A DNA stretch of 26,101 bases from Candidatus Bathyarchaeia archaeon (GTDB taxonomy: Archaea > Thermoproteota > Bathyarchaeia > Bathyarchaeales > Bathycorpusculaceae), in assembly GCA_050012255.1 (NCBI GenBank), contig JBEKHN010000024.1:1-26101 (forward strand). The letters are read 5' to 3'. Positions within the stretch are counted from its first letter, which is position 1. Each line of letters opens with the position of its first letter. Shown here piece after piece: positions 17,192-26,101 of the stretch. The notes under the pieces were generated by a model, which ran no database searches, had not been told where the DNA came from, and worked only from the letters and a program-made list of their open reading frames with translations. A program made the position numbers and the translations under genes.

Positions 17192-17803
17192 CAGTCAACC
17201 CCCAGCATGACCCCGCATCAGACGAATGCGGCCTGGTAGAACTATGCAAATTCCTCTCAAAATCTCTTTCCCACGACCAGAGGACATGAGCCCATCAACA
17301 TACATACCGATCATCCATGTTCAAAAAGTCTCACATGAATACATAGGGTCACGATCAACACGCTAGGGAAGAGGGACAGGCGTTTCAGCAAGCTCTGAGC
17401 ATGGCGGATCAAACCAGAAGAAGGCGTGATCGCATAGTGCATCAAAAAGTTACTACCCCTGCCCAGACTCTCAGCCAAGCCCCAAGTACGTACTCGCCTT
17501 CAACCCCGCGCAAAGTCAGAGAGGCCTTGCCCAACGCCTACGTGCAGTACTAGTACCCTAGGGGGGAGGGGGAGGGTAAAATAGACGGGGCCAAAACGCG
17601 AACACAGGGATGTAGCGCTCACTGAGAATACAAGAGAAGCAGCTGAAAGATGAAATGAAAAGGCAAACAGATGCCAAGCCCAGCCGACGCACATGCCAAA
17701 TCGTCACACTGACAAATGGATACCTTCAACACACGAACTGGAAATTTCGACCTGACAAACCTGTAGCCCAAACCTAGCGCGCGAGTGTGAGGAAACGAGC
17801 GGT

Positions 17804-19093
17804 CTATTTAACGATCTCGCCTGCGAGATAAGTTGGAAACACGTCTGTAACTCTTACATTCAACGTCTTGCCGAGGAAATTGTCACCGCTCTTAACCGTG
17901 ACAGGTTTGTACGCGAAATTGCGTCCCACCCAAGAACCTGGCGCCTTGCCAATCTCGTCGACGAGGATGTCACCTCTCCAGCCAACCCACTGCTTGTTCT
18001 TCTCATAAGCTACCCGCCTCGCAAGAGCCGCTGCCATACCGCTTCTGCGTTTGATCTCGAACGGAAACACGAAGTCTCTCTGCATCTCAGCCGCAGCTGT
18101 TCTCGGTCTAGCAAAAAACTTCGACACATTAACTACGTCGGGCTTCGTCTCCTCAATCAAACGCAAAGTGCGCTCAAAATCCTCTTTACCCTCACCTGGA
18201 AAACCGCAAATAACGTCTGTGGCAACAGTCAACTCTGGAAACCGAGCCCTAAACGTGTCCACGACCCCTTTGAAATCATCAACAGAATAAAATCGCCGCA
18301 TCCGTCTCAAGATTCGATCGTCACCACTCTGGACGGGCAGGTGAACGAACTTGAAAATCCTTCTGTCACGAAACACGTCGACCAGCTCGTCAAGGATACC
18401 CATAACCATGTTCGGAGTCATCATGCCAACTCGAACCCTGAAATCTCCATCAACCCTGCACAAGGAGTCCAGAAGCTCAACTAGGCTTGTGCCAACGTCT
18501 CTTCCATAGCACGCAGTGTCCTGTGATGTCAGCCAAAACTCGCGAAAGCCCTGACCCACGTCTTCTACAACTCTTTCAACTATCTCCTGAACGGCGTAGC
18601 TTCGCAAGCGACCTCTTGCAAAAACCACGCAACAGTACGCACATGAACCGAGACAACCATAGCCAATGGGCACGACGCTTACAACCGAGCTCTGCTGCAG
18701 CCGGGGCAGTGTCAGCGCGGGCTTGCGATCTGAACTTCCATCAAGAGCCATCACTTTCTCACCCCTTAGAACACCGCTCACAAGTTCAACGAGCCTCTCA
18801 CCAGCTGCTGGACCAGCAACTCCATCAAACTTCACTTCCGCCAGTAGCCTCTCAAGATCGATCAACGGCAAGCATCCGGCAACGATCAGCTTCTTGCCCT
18901 CAGGAACCCGTCTGCAAACCTCGATCATGCGATCTTCAGTTGGACCCTTCACAGCACACGTGTTGTAAACAACCAAGTCGGCACTCGAAACCGAACCTAC
19001 CAGCTCGTGCCCAGCCTCAGCCAGGCACCCAGCTAGAACCGCCCCGTCCGCCTGGTTTGTGGAGCAACCGAAACTTCGCACGAGAACTCGCAT
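17804..19093 (-). CDS. mtaB: Radical SAM tRNA t6A37 methylthiotransferase (archaeal e-MtaB/CDKAL1 type)
   Basis: SFGCSTNQAD, NTCAVK, AGC, CLGSCAYC, SQDTACYG, HLPVQSG, ICGFPGE, C-terminal TRAM; start at MRVLVRS. Confidence 0.9.
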   Translation of the reverse strand: MRVLVRSFGCSTNQADGAVLAGCLAEAGHELVGSVSSADLVVYNTCAVKGPTEDRMIEVCRRVPEGKKLIVAGCLPLIDLERLLAEVKFDGVAGPAAGERLVELVSGVLRGEKVMALDGSSDRKPALTLPRLQQSSVVSVVPIGYGCLGSCAYCCVVFARGRLRSYAVQEIVERVVEDVGQGFREFWLTSQDTACYGRDVGTSLVELLDSLCRVDGDFRVRVGMMTPNMVMGILDELVDVFRDRRIFKFVHLPVQSGDDRILRRMRRFYSVDDFKGVVDTFRARFPELTVATDVICGFPGEGKEDFERTLRLIEETKPDVVNVSKFFARPRTAAAEMQRDFVFPFEIKRRSGMAAALARRVAYEKNKQWVGWRGDILVDEIGKAPGSWVGRNFAYKPVTVKSGDNFLGKTLNVRVTDVFPTYLAGEIVK

Positions 19094-19299
19094 AGCATTC
19101 CATCGACATGCCTTGAATGCTTCAACAAGGAATAAAAACATAGGGGTTCAGGCATTAGAGAATTTACAGAAATCTGCGAGAGAAGTTAGGCAAGCTTTAA
19201 AAAGCCAAAGGCTGACATGTTAGGAACATATTTGCAGCATGTTATAAGGAAGTATAAGTCTGCGCAGAATTTTATAGCCTACACAGAGGGAGATGCGTA

Positions 19300-19455
19300 T
19301 TGAAGTTAATAACACTCTACGTGCCCGAAACTTATCTGAAAGCCTTAGATCAACTCGTGTTCGAAAGGTTCTATCCAAACAGAGCTGAAGCCATCAGAGT
19401 TGCAATCCGTGACTTGATAAACGACGAGCTTTGGAGGAGGGACCGGGTTGACTAA
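19300..19455 (+). CDS. cdrS: Ribbon-helix-helix cell-division regulator CdrS (not in the ORF track)
   Basis: MKLITLYVPETYLKALDQLVFERFYPNRAEAIRVAIRDLINDELW; directly upstream of ftsZ. Confidence 0.85.
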   Translation: MKLITLYVPETYLKALDQLVFERFYPNRAEAIRVAIRDLINDELWRRDRVD

Positions 19456-19456
19456 A

Positions 19457-20569
19457 ATGCGTCGTACCGAAAGCGTCCTCAACTACACTTGGCGCTACAC
19501 GACGGATCAAGGAACTCGGCAACCCGATTACCGTCGTATTGCAGTGATAGGGGTTGGGAGAGTAGGCAACGACACTGTGACGAAACTGATGAACACAGGT
19601 GCGACCTCTGCCCAGTGCATTGCCATGAGCACTGACGTTGCGCATCTAAACGCATCAAAGGCCAGCCAGAAGATTTTGATTGGAGAAAAACTCACCAAGG
19701 GCCGAGGGGTAGGCGGCGATCCTGCGCTAGGCAGGGCAGCGATCGAGGAGTCCAAGAAAAGTGCTGAAGACCTACTTTCAGACATCGATATTGCCTTCAT
19801 AACCGCGGGGCTAGGCGGTGGAACAGGTGCAGGTGCCGCACCAGTCGTTGCAGGGATTGCAAAACGAAAAGGAGCAGTAACTATAGGTATTGTGACAATG
19901 CCGTTTAAAAAAGAAAAAGGCCGCGACAGGCATGCAGCCAAGGCTTTGGCGGAAATGCGAAGACAGTGCGACACGGTAGTGGTGATCGACAACGACAAGC
20001 TTATGCAACTTGTTCCTAACCTTCCAATAGGCGAAGCCTCTAGAGTAGCGGATCAAGTTTTGGCAAACATGATAAAAGAGATTGTTGAAACAATCTCGAC
20101 ACCAAGCCTCATCAACCTCGACTTTTCAAACTTCAAGACTATCGTCACCCATGGCGGGATGGCTGTCGTCGGAGTTGGCGAATCGGATGCGCCGAACAGA
20201 GCAGAAGAGGCTGTGCAAAACGCTTTGAGAAACCCATCGTTGGACGTTGACTATGCTGGGGCTACTGGAGCCCTGATACACGTCATTGGTGACAATCGTA
20301 TGACCATTGAAGAAGCAAACCACGTCGGCGAAATCGTCACAGAAATGATGGACAGAAATGCCCTCGTTATCTGGGGTGCAAGCGTGGACCCACAGCAAGA
20401 AGGCAGGCTGAAAGTCACCTTGGTAATGACAGGTGTGAACTCGCCCAACAGCCTAAGAAGCGTTGGAGCAATAGCCCCACAGCTTTTCAATTTGGAACCA
20501 AACGCAGAACCTGAAAGGCCAATAGACATAAAGCTAGATCTGTACCAAATGGAGACCGATTCACAGTAA
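19457..20569 (+). CDS. ftsZ: FtsZ (ftsZ2-type context) with divergent GTPase motifs
   Basis: AGLGGGTGAG signature, IDNDKL, SLINLDF, VIWGA, LVMTG. Confidence 0.93.
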   Translation: MRRTESVLNYTWRYTTDQGTRQPDYRRIAVIGVGRVGNDTVTKLMNTGATSAQCIAMSTDVAHLNASKASQKILIGEKLTKGRGVGGDPALGRAAIEESKKSAEDLLSDIDIAFITAGLGGGTGAGAAPVVAGIAKRKGAVTIGIVTMPFKKEKGRDRHAAKALAEMRRQCDTVVVIDNDKLMQLVPNLPIGEASRVADQVLANMIKEIVETISTPSLINLDFSNFKTIVTHGGMAVVGVGESDAPNRAEEAVQNALRNPSLDVDYAGATGALIHVIGDNRMTIEEANHVGEIVTEMMDRNALVIWGASVDPQQEGRLKVTLVMTGVNSPNSLRSVGAIAPQLFNLEPNAEPERPIDIKLDLYQMETDSQ

Positions 20570-20731
20570 CAGGACAGTTGTTCGAAATAGCTCTTTCAGT
20601 GCCGTCTCTAAGCATGGCCCAACATCTTTTTTGAGGACATCAGTGTGGATATCCATGTTTGTCATATTGCCTAGTTTGAAATAACGCTCTAATGCCTTCT
20701 CGACTCTCGCTCTTGTGTTAGAGGCAAAAGT

Positions 20732-20920
20732 ATGGTTGACTGTCCAAAGTGCGGCGAGCCTATGGCCAAGGGAAAAAGAGGCAAGTACTTCTGTGAAAGC
20801 GCAAATTGTTCGGTCATATTTGTGCGATGTCCTTCTTTCCCCAGCAGAACGAAGCTTGTCTCCTCGTCATTAGCAACAACACTTCAGTCCATAGAGTTCT
20901 CACCCCCACCGACTGTTTAG
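20732..20920 (+). CDS. Small zinc-ribbon protein
   Basis: MVDCPKCGEPMAKGKRGKYFCESANCSVIFVR; GAGG RBS. Confidence 0.65.
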   Translation: MVDCPKCGEPMAKGKRGKYFCESANCSVIFVRCPSFPSRTKLVSSSLATTLQSIEFSPPPTV

Positions 20921-21043
20921 GTCTGCGACAACTGAAGAGAATCCAAACGTGGACGTGAGCCCGAACTTTGTCAAGGCGAAAGGTGCGAGTGTGCTCATGG
21001 CCACGCTGAGAGGTCTTTCACTCTACTTCTGGGGGATAGCACT

Positions 21044-21547
21044 CTAAACTTTAATGGCAAAAATGCAGTATTCCTTACCCATGGTTCTCGTTTGAAGAAT
21101 ATTATATTTGGCTTTGGGATTAAGAGCTTGCGCTATGCCTTTCTCAGCTTGTCCAACCGCAATACACAGCTTTGGTAAGAAGTACTTTTGCCAAGCACAT
21201 CGATAACAATGGTAAACGACTCTCTTTTCGCTTTTCTCGACTATTGCGGCTTTCATGCCGAAAATCTGATCCTCAACGTCCATAGCGGTGATGATGTCTT
21301 CCATGCGACCACCTAGATGAAGCATGCCTTTCAAGTCTTTTCCAAAGTCAAGGCCCACTTTGTATGAAGCATCAGCGATTGTCTTGGCGGGAACAGTCTT
21401 GCCGCCGCTTTTATCCATTTCATCATAGACAGCCCTGTACAGCTTCCCGACACCTTTCAAAACGGCTTCCCACTTCATCGACGAAGGAACATACCTTTTT
21501 GCAAGATGCTTTTTCCAACCCATTCTTTTCCCAAATATCACATTCAT
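21044..21547 (-). CDS. V4R / ATC-hydrolase-like ligand-binding protein
   Basis: HCYRCAW..LCIAV..GIAQALNP..TRTMGKEYCIF. Confidence 0.72.
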   Translation of the reverse strand: MNVIFGKRMGWKKHLAKRYVPSSMKWEAVLKGVGKLYRAVYDEMDKSGGKTVPAKTIADASYKVGLDFGKDLKGMLHLGGRMEDIITAMDVEDQIFGMKAAIVEKSEKRVVYHCYRCAWQKYFLPKLCIAVGQAEKGIAQALNPKAKYNILQTRTMGKEYCIFAIKV

Positions 21548-21649
21548 GTTGTTCAGCTTATAGCTTCACTTCGTTTTCCATATGAACCAACAGTATCGCG
21601 CACCTTGAAGACCAAGAAGAAGACCATCAAATCAAGTCGAGCAGAAGCG

Positions 21650-21959
21650 TGTGTGTTCCCAAATTCCCTTTTTTCAAGCGTAATAGAGTTAGGCTGAAAA
21701 AGCAAGCCGGTTGATGTTGAAATGTATTTGGATAATATAGTAGACCCGAGGGAGGGAGAGTGAGAGCACACGCAAACGGAAAACCCAAGAGCCTGAATGG
21801 TCTGTGGGCGCTTTCTCCAAACGCCCTTTTCAACTGCGATAGAGCTAAGTCACGTTACGCCCTCTAAGCGATGCTTGTTCGATCCAAGACAAATCACCGT
21901 CCGCATGCTCGCAAGGCCAGAAAAGCAAATTGCGTCACAGACGAATTTAGGAACACGCA
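21650..21959 (-). mobile_element. 310-bp non-autonomous element of the same IR family
   Basis: TGTGTGTTCCCAAATTCCCTTTTTTCAAGCGTAATAGAGTT ... ACGAATTTAGGAACACGCA; both ~40-nt ends resemble the 150-bp MITE, the interior does not. Confidence 0.82.
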
Positions 21960-21970
21960 TCCGCGCTTGC

Positions 21971-22168
21971 TTAAATGATGATCCAGTTGTCTGGATTCTG
22001 GTAGAGCACTTTAGCATCGCCTTGCCACAGTAGGTCAGCAAGCGCAAGAAATTCTTTGCTTGGAAGCCTCTTGCTCATGTTAATCATCCTTGTGAATATC
22101 GTAAATTCCAATATAAACCGTGTTGCAGACGTCAAAACATATCCAAAACTGACACATCCCACAGGCAA
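21971..22168 (-). pseudogene. Degraded fragment, possibly the part of a P-loop ATPase just before Walker B
   Basis: Ends YQNPDNWIII*, matching the DWIII start of fragment 6271-6429; flanked by CCGCGC (21961) and CCGCGCG (22221). Confidence 0.3.
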
Positions 22169-22273
22169 ACTCGGCCTTCAAGACTCAAAAAATAGGTGAG
22201 AACTCGGCACTTGTGAAAAACCGCGCGAATACCTGACGTGCATCTCCGTTGACGTTCCGCTTCTCTGTTTTGT

Positions 22274-22933
22274 CTATGTTTCTTCTCCGAGCCCGAATCT
22301 CCTGCGTAAGACAGAGATCTCCCTTTTCAATCTCACAGCTAGAGGTATTGCCTTGCCGAAAGGTTGGCACTGTTTCCTTCTTATTGCGTTGACAATGTCA
22401 TCGGCGTCAGGATCAGCATCGATCAGCGTGTAGGCGCAGCCTATTTCAGGACCGTAATGGGCGTCGCTGCCGGCTACGCGGGCTATTTTAAGCCTAGAAG
22501 CAATCTGTTCGCCGCGCTTTACAGAGTGCCTGAAAGGAATCGCGGATGAGTTTATCACTTCGACGGCGTCAAATATTGAAGTCGTATGATTGCCCAAACT
22601 TCCTTTGAACATGGCTCCTGGATGACACGCAATTGTGATTCCCCCCGCATTGTGAATTCTGTCCACAGTTTCCTCTGCTGTCAATCCCTTTGCCACTGGA
22701 TCTTGAATGTTGAGCGCAAGGATATGGCCGTCCGAGCTCGTGATCTCCATTCCTGGCAGAATCAGAAAATCTTTTTCCTTGGACATTCTAAGTGCGCCGT
22801 CAAGTCGGTCATGGTCGGTAACCGCAACGCCATCCAGACCTCTTTTCTTGCCGTAGTACGCAACCTCTTCAGGTCCGATGAGGGAGTCGACCGAATAAAT
22901 GGTGTGTACGTGTAAGTCGATCTTTAATCGCAA
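22274..22933 (-). CDS. PHP-domain phosphoesterase
   Basis: DLHVHT, AVTDHD, GMEI, GHIL, CHP, GSDAH. Confidence 0.93.
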   Translation of the reverse strand: MRLKIDLHVHTIYSVDSLIGPEEVAYYGKKRGLDGVAVTDHDRLDGALRMSKEKDFLILPGMEITSSDGHILALNIQDPVAKGLTAEETVDRIHNAGGITIACHPGAMFKGSLGNHTTSIFDAVEVINSSAIPFRHSVKRGEQIASRLKIARVAGSDAHYGPEIGCAYTLIDADPDADDIVNAIRRKQCQPFGKAIPLAVRLKREISVLRRRFGLGEET

Positions 22934-22937
22934 ATTC

Positions 22938-24653
22938 TCAAAGCCCCAACGTGATTTCAGACCGCATTTGCAGACTTCTCCTGACTTTTTGGAGCTTCTC
23001 TTCCAACTCTTCGGGGTTATCCTCTATTTTTCTGAACAACGGTTTTGCCTTTGCAATCCTGTGGTCCGATGGTAATGGCTTTAATGCTTCGTCCCATTTC
23101 TGTTGATGAACGCTTCCGGACAAGTTGAGTGTCTTCCATATTTCTTCAGCAGCAACTGGAACGAATGGAGCTGAGACAATTGCCAACGCCTTGACCACTT
23201 GAGCTGCCGCATATATGACGTTCGCCGCTTTTTTCCTATCCGTTTTGATGAGGTTCCACGGTTCTTTTTCGTTCAAATACTGGTTCCCTATTCTGCTGAT
23301 GCTTATCATCGTGTTTGCTGCGGACTGCAATTTGCAGGCTTCAATTTCTCTCGCGATTGTTTCTGTCTTTTCCTCAAGGGTCTTCAGGATTTGCGCGGCA
23401 TCTTCGTCTGCACCTTCAGCCTTGGGGATCGCGCTATCGAACTGAGAACTGATGAACGTTAATGTTCTGTGTATGAAGTTGCCGAAAGTGTCGTTCAGAT
23501 CAGCGTTGACCTTCTCAGTGAACAGGTCCCATGAAAAGTTTGAATCCTTCGTTTCTGGCCTTGTTGCCATTAAGAAGTAGCGCCAGTAATCTGCATGAAA
23601 GAGTTCTAACGCTTCGTCAATCCAGATCCCTACTCTCTGGCTTTTTGAAGCCTTTTCGCCCTTGAACTGCAAGAATTCTGTTGCTGAAACGTTCCAAGGC
23701 AGGTTGTAGTCTTCGCCTGAGGCCAGCAACAATGCAGGGAGGATTATCGTGTGGAAGGGGATGTTGTCTTTTCCTATGAAATAGTATGTTTTGGCTTCTT
23801 TGTCAAACCAGTACTCTTTCCATTTCTCCGGTTGTTCACGGTTCTTGAAGTATTCGATCGTCGCTGACACGTAGCCTAGGACGGCTTCTACCCATACGTA
23901 GATTCTCTTATTCTCTGCCCCTGGGAAGGGGGCTTGAATTCCCCAGGTGACGTCCCTCGTTACTGCTCTGGGCTTCAAACCTTCTCTTATCAGGCTTATG
24001 CTGAAGTTTTTTGTGTTGCTGGCTAATTGTTCATTATTGCTAAGGTAGGCGCTTATCCGTTCGGAAAGCTTGGGCAGGTCAAAGTACCAGTGTTTAGTCG
24101 TCCTCAAGGCAGGTTTGCTATTGCAGATGGCACAATGGGGGTCTATGAGCAACGTTGTTTCTAGTAGTCTCCCACAGCTTTCGCACTGGTCTCCGCGAGC
24201 GTGCTCATAACCACAGTATGAACATTTTCCTTCAACGTACCTGTCGGGGAGAAAGCGACCACATCTCTCACAATAGAGCATTTCAGTTTCCTGCGTGAAA
24301 ATGTACCCGTTGTCATAGATCTTAGTCAAAAAGGCTTTAACGAATTCCTTGTGCACAGGGTTTTCCGTTCTCGTGTAGTTGTCAAAGGATATTCCCCAGG
24401 CTTTGAAAAGCTCAACAATCTTCGCGTGGTTCCTGTCCGTCAGTTCTTTCGGCGAGATACCTAGCCGTATGGATTCAACCTCCACCGGCGTGCCGTGTTC
24501 GTCTGAACCGCTGACCATGACAACATCTTCACCTTTCACCCGGCAGTACCTAGCGAACACGTCTGCGGACAGTATTGAACCTACCATGTTGCCTAAGTGC
24601 GGAGTGCTGTGCAGGTAAGGCCAAGCGGACGTGACCAGGGTTTTGAGTCTCAA
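22938..24653 (-). CDS. metG: Methionine-tRNA ligase (no C-terminal tRNA-binding domain)
   Basis: SAWPY..PHLGN, GSDEHG, Zn knuckles, YVWVEA, GKDNIPFH, KASKS. Confidence 0.97.
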   Translation of the reverse strand: MRLKTLVTSAWPYLHSTPHLGNMVGSILSADVFARYCRVKGEDVVMVSGSDEHGTPVEVESIRLGISPKELTDRNHAKIVELFKAWGISFDNYTRTENPVHKEFVKAFLTKIYDNGYIFTQETEMLYCERCGRFLPDRYVEGKCSYCGYEHARGDQCESCGRLLETTLLIDPHCAICNSKPALRTTKHWYFDLPKLSERISAYLSNNEQLASNTKNFSISLIREGLKPRAVTRDVTWGIQAPFPGAENKRIYVWVEAVLGYVSATIEYFKNREQPEKWKEYWFDKEAKTYYFIGKDNIPFHTIILPALLLASGEDYNLPWNVSATEFLQFKGEKASKSQRVGIWIDEALELFHADYWRYFLMATRPETKDSNFSWDLFTEKVNADLNDTFGNFIHRTLTFISSQFDSAIPKAEGADEDAAQILKTLEEKTETIAREIEACKLQSAANTMISISRIGNQYLNEKEPWNLIKTDRKKAANVIYAAAQVVKALAIVSAPFVPVAAEEIWKTLNLSGSVHQQKWDEALKPLPSDHRIAKAKPLFRKIEDNPEELEEKLQKVRRSLQMRSEITLGL

Positions 24654-24792
24654 TGCAGCTCCAACATCCGTCGATGCGATTACTACAGATCAGAAGTTCA
24701 ATTACTTAGACTATTCGTTTCTCTTTCAAGCGGAGCTTCCCCCTTTCAGCGATTCTAGAAGGGGGCGCCAGCCTATACGGGAAACTCGTGGC

Positions 24793-25806
24793 CTAACAAG
24801 CCTCTGCAATGGGACTTATTTTGGTTATATCGTTCAACACTGCGTAAGCCGTCTGCCTAAGCCCTGAGAACTGTGCTGAGACGAAGACTTGCTGCGATGT
24901 CTTGAACGAAAGTTTCAGCCCCATATGCCCTCCATTGACTGTGGCCAAAGGGTCGTCCAACGGTACAAGCCGTGGTTCGACACGCATTTCAAGCTTAGTT
25001 CCTCTCTTTGAGATTTCGCACACCAATTTCACTCTCTTCTTCAGTTCTTTAGCTTTCTCAACCATCGGCCCGACGTTCCTTATTCCTTCCACCTTCACGT
25101 TCTCCAGCTTCGCGTCGTTCTTGAAGAGCGAATTGGCAAGTATCACCACTTTTCTGGCCGCATCTATTCCGTCTACGTCGTCAGAGTAGTTTGTCTCGGC
25201 CCACCCTGCTCCTATGGCATACTTCAAGGCGTCTTGGAAGTCTCTGCCCTTCTCCATTTCGCCTATTATGAAGTTCGTTGTAGCGTTGAGTATCCCCTGA
25301 AGACTCAGAAGCTCATCAGCCCTGAAACATGAATCAATCAGGCAGAAGATGGGAACATGAGCTGCAACCGTCGCCTCGTAAAGGAGCTTGACACGGTTGC
25401 TCCTGGCCAGCTCCGTGAGGCTGCTGTATGCGACGACAAGAGGACCCTTGTTGGCCGTGACAACGTTCTTTTTCCTCATCAAGGCGGTCCTAACGTGGGA
25501 TAGGCCCGGCTCGCCTGACGGGGTCGACGGCGTCAGTTCCACGACTACGTCGCTTTCGATGTCTCTAATGGCCTCTGGTGCCGTGTATTCATTGACATAT
25601 TGACTGACGCCTTTCCATCGATTCTCCTTATGCTTCAGCACCTTTCCTAAATCTAGACCTTTCTCATCCACTGCCGTTCCTTTCGAGTCGGAAATTGAAA
25701 CTATTGTCAGTGCAACTCCGAGAGCTTTCAGAGTGTCTTGTTTCTCTCTTATGAGAGAGAGAAGACTCTTGCCAACACTTCCCAAACCTACGACTTGTAT
25801 CTTCAT
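24793..25806 (-). CDS. hom: Homoserine dehydrogenase
   Basis: GLGSVG, VVTANKGP, YEATV, GILNATTNFI, DVDGIDAARK; start at MKIQVVG. Confidence 0.95.
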   Translation of the reverse strand: MKIQVVGLGSVGKSLLSLIREKQDTLKALGVALTIVSISDSKGTAVDEKGLDLGKVLKHKENRWKGVSQYVNEYTAPEAIRDIESDVVVELTPSTPSGEPGLSHVRTALMRKKNVVTANKGPLVVAYSSLTELARSNRVKLLYEATVAAHVPIFCLIDSCFRADELLSLQGILNATTNFIIGEMEKGRDFQDALKYAIGAGWAETNYSDDVDGIDAARKVVILANSLFKNDAKLENVKVEGIRNVGPMVEKAKELKKRVKLVCEISKRGTKLEMRVEPRLVPLDDPLATVNGGHMGLKLSFKTSQQVFVSAQFSGLRQTAYAVLNDITKISPIAEAC

Positions 25807-26000
25807 GCAGAAAGCCTTGTTGATGCGCATATTTTAGGCTTCGTGGACTCTTTTCGTTGAATGAGGAATTAGGCTTAAACTATCAAACAAGTGCAAATCT
25901 TGCCTGAGGAAATTCGAAATAGTCATAGATTGCGAATGAAAGAATAGGAAAAGGGTTTGATTCAGCTCAAGCGTGAGTTTCTAACTGGATTTAGCGCGCT

Positions 26001-26101
26001 AGCGTGTTCCTAAATTCCTCTTTTTAAGTGTGATAGAGTTGATTTGCGCCTTCTGAACGATGCCCATCGTATCCCGACGTCCATCACTATCCATAGACGG
26101 A
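26001..26101 (-). mobile_element. MITE copy 3 (runs off the window)
   Basis: Identical to the reverse complement of copy 1 over 101 nt; preceded by AGCGCGCT at 25993-26000. Confidence 0.92.

Noticed and set aside
13115-25603. Antisense and overlapping ORFs within the NosD, mtaB, ftsZ, PHP, metG and hom genes
   Set aside because: Shadow frames with no recognisable motifs

Overview
Archaeal-type window. cdrS-ftsZ, e-MtaB, an AglB-type WWDYG domain and dockerin-tipped secreted proteins suggest Bathyarchaeia, but this is inference only. There are three zones. (1) 1-3903: the 3' end of a 12-aa tandem-repeat peptide gene, a perfect stem-loop, then a 941-aa PqqD/RRE + M50 protease + coiled-coil protein; this is a candidate multi-core RiPP locus cut by the window edge. 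(2) About 4000-12800: a mosaic of intact small genes and truncated fragments (integrase, FtsK/HerA-like ATPase, ParB-like HTH, PQQ-dockerin, hydrolase). Most junctions I could place carry the same (T)AGCGCGCGCG motif; I counted 14 CGCGCGCG cores here and saw none elsewhere. The motif appears to have been added at the breakpoints rather than being native to the broken genes. (3) 12800-26101: a NosD/dockerin gene, a dead IS5-family (ISH1-like) element and mostly housekeeping genes (e-MtaB, cdrS-ftsZ with a degenerate catalytic loop, PHP, metG, hom). MITEs sharing the IS ends sit in AGCGCGCT targets. All calls come from reading the sequence and recalling motifs; no searches were run.
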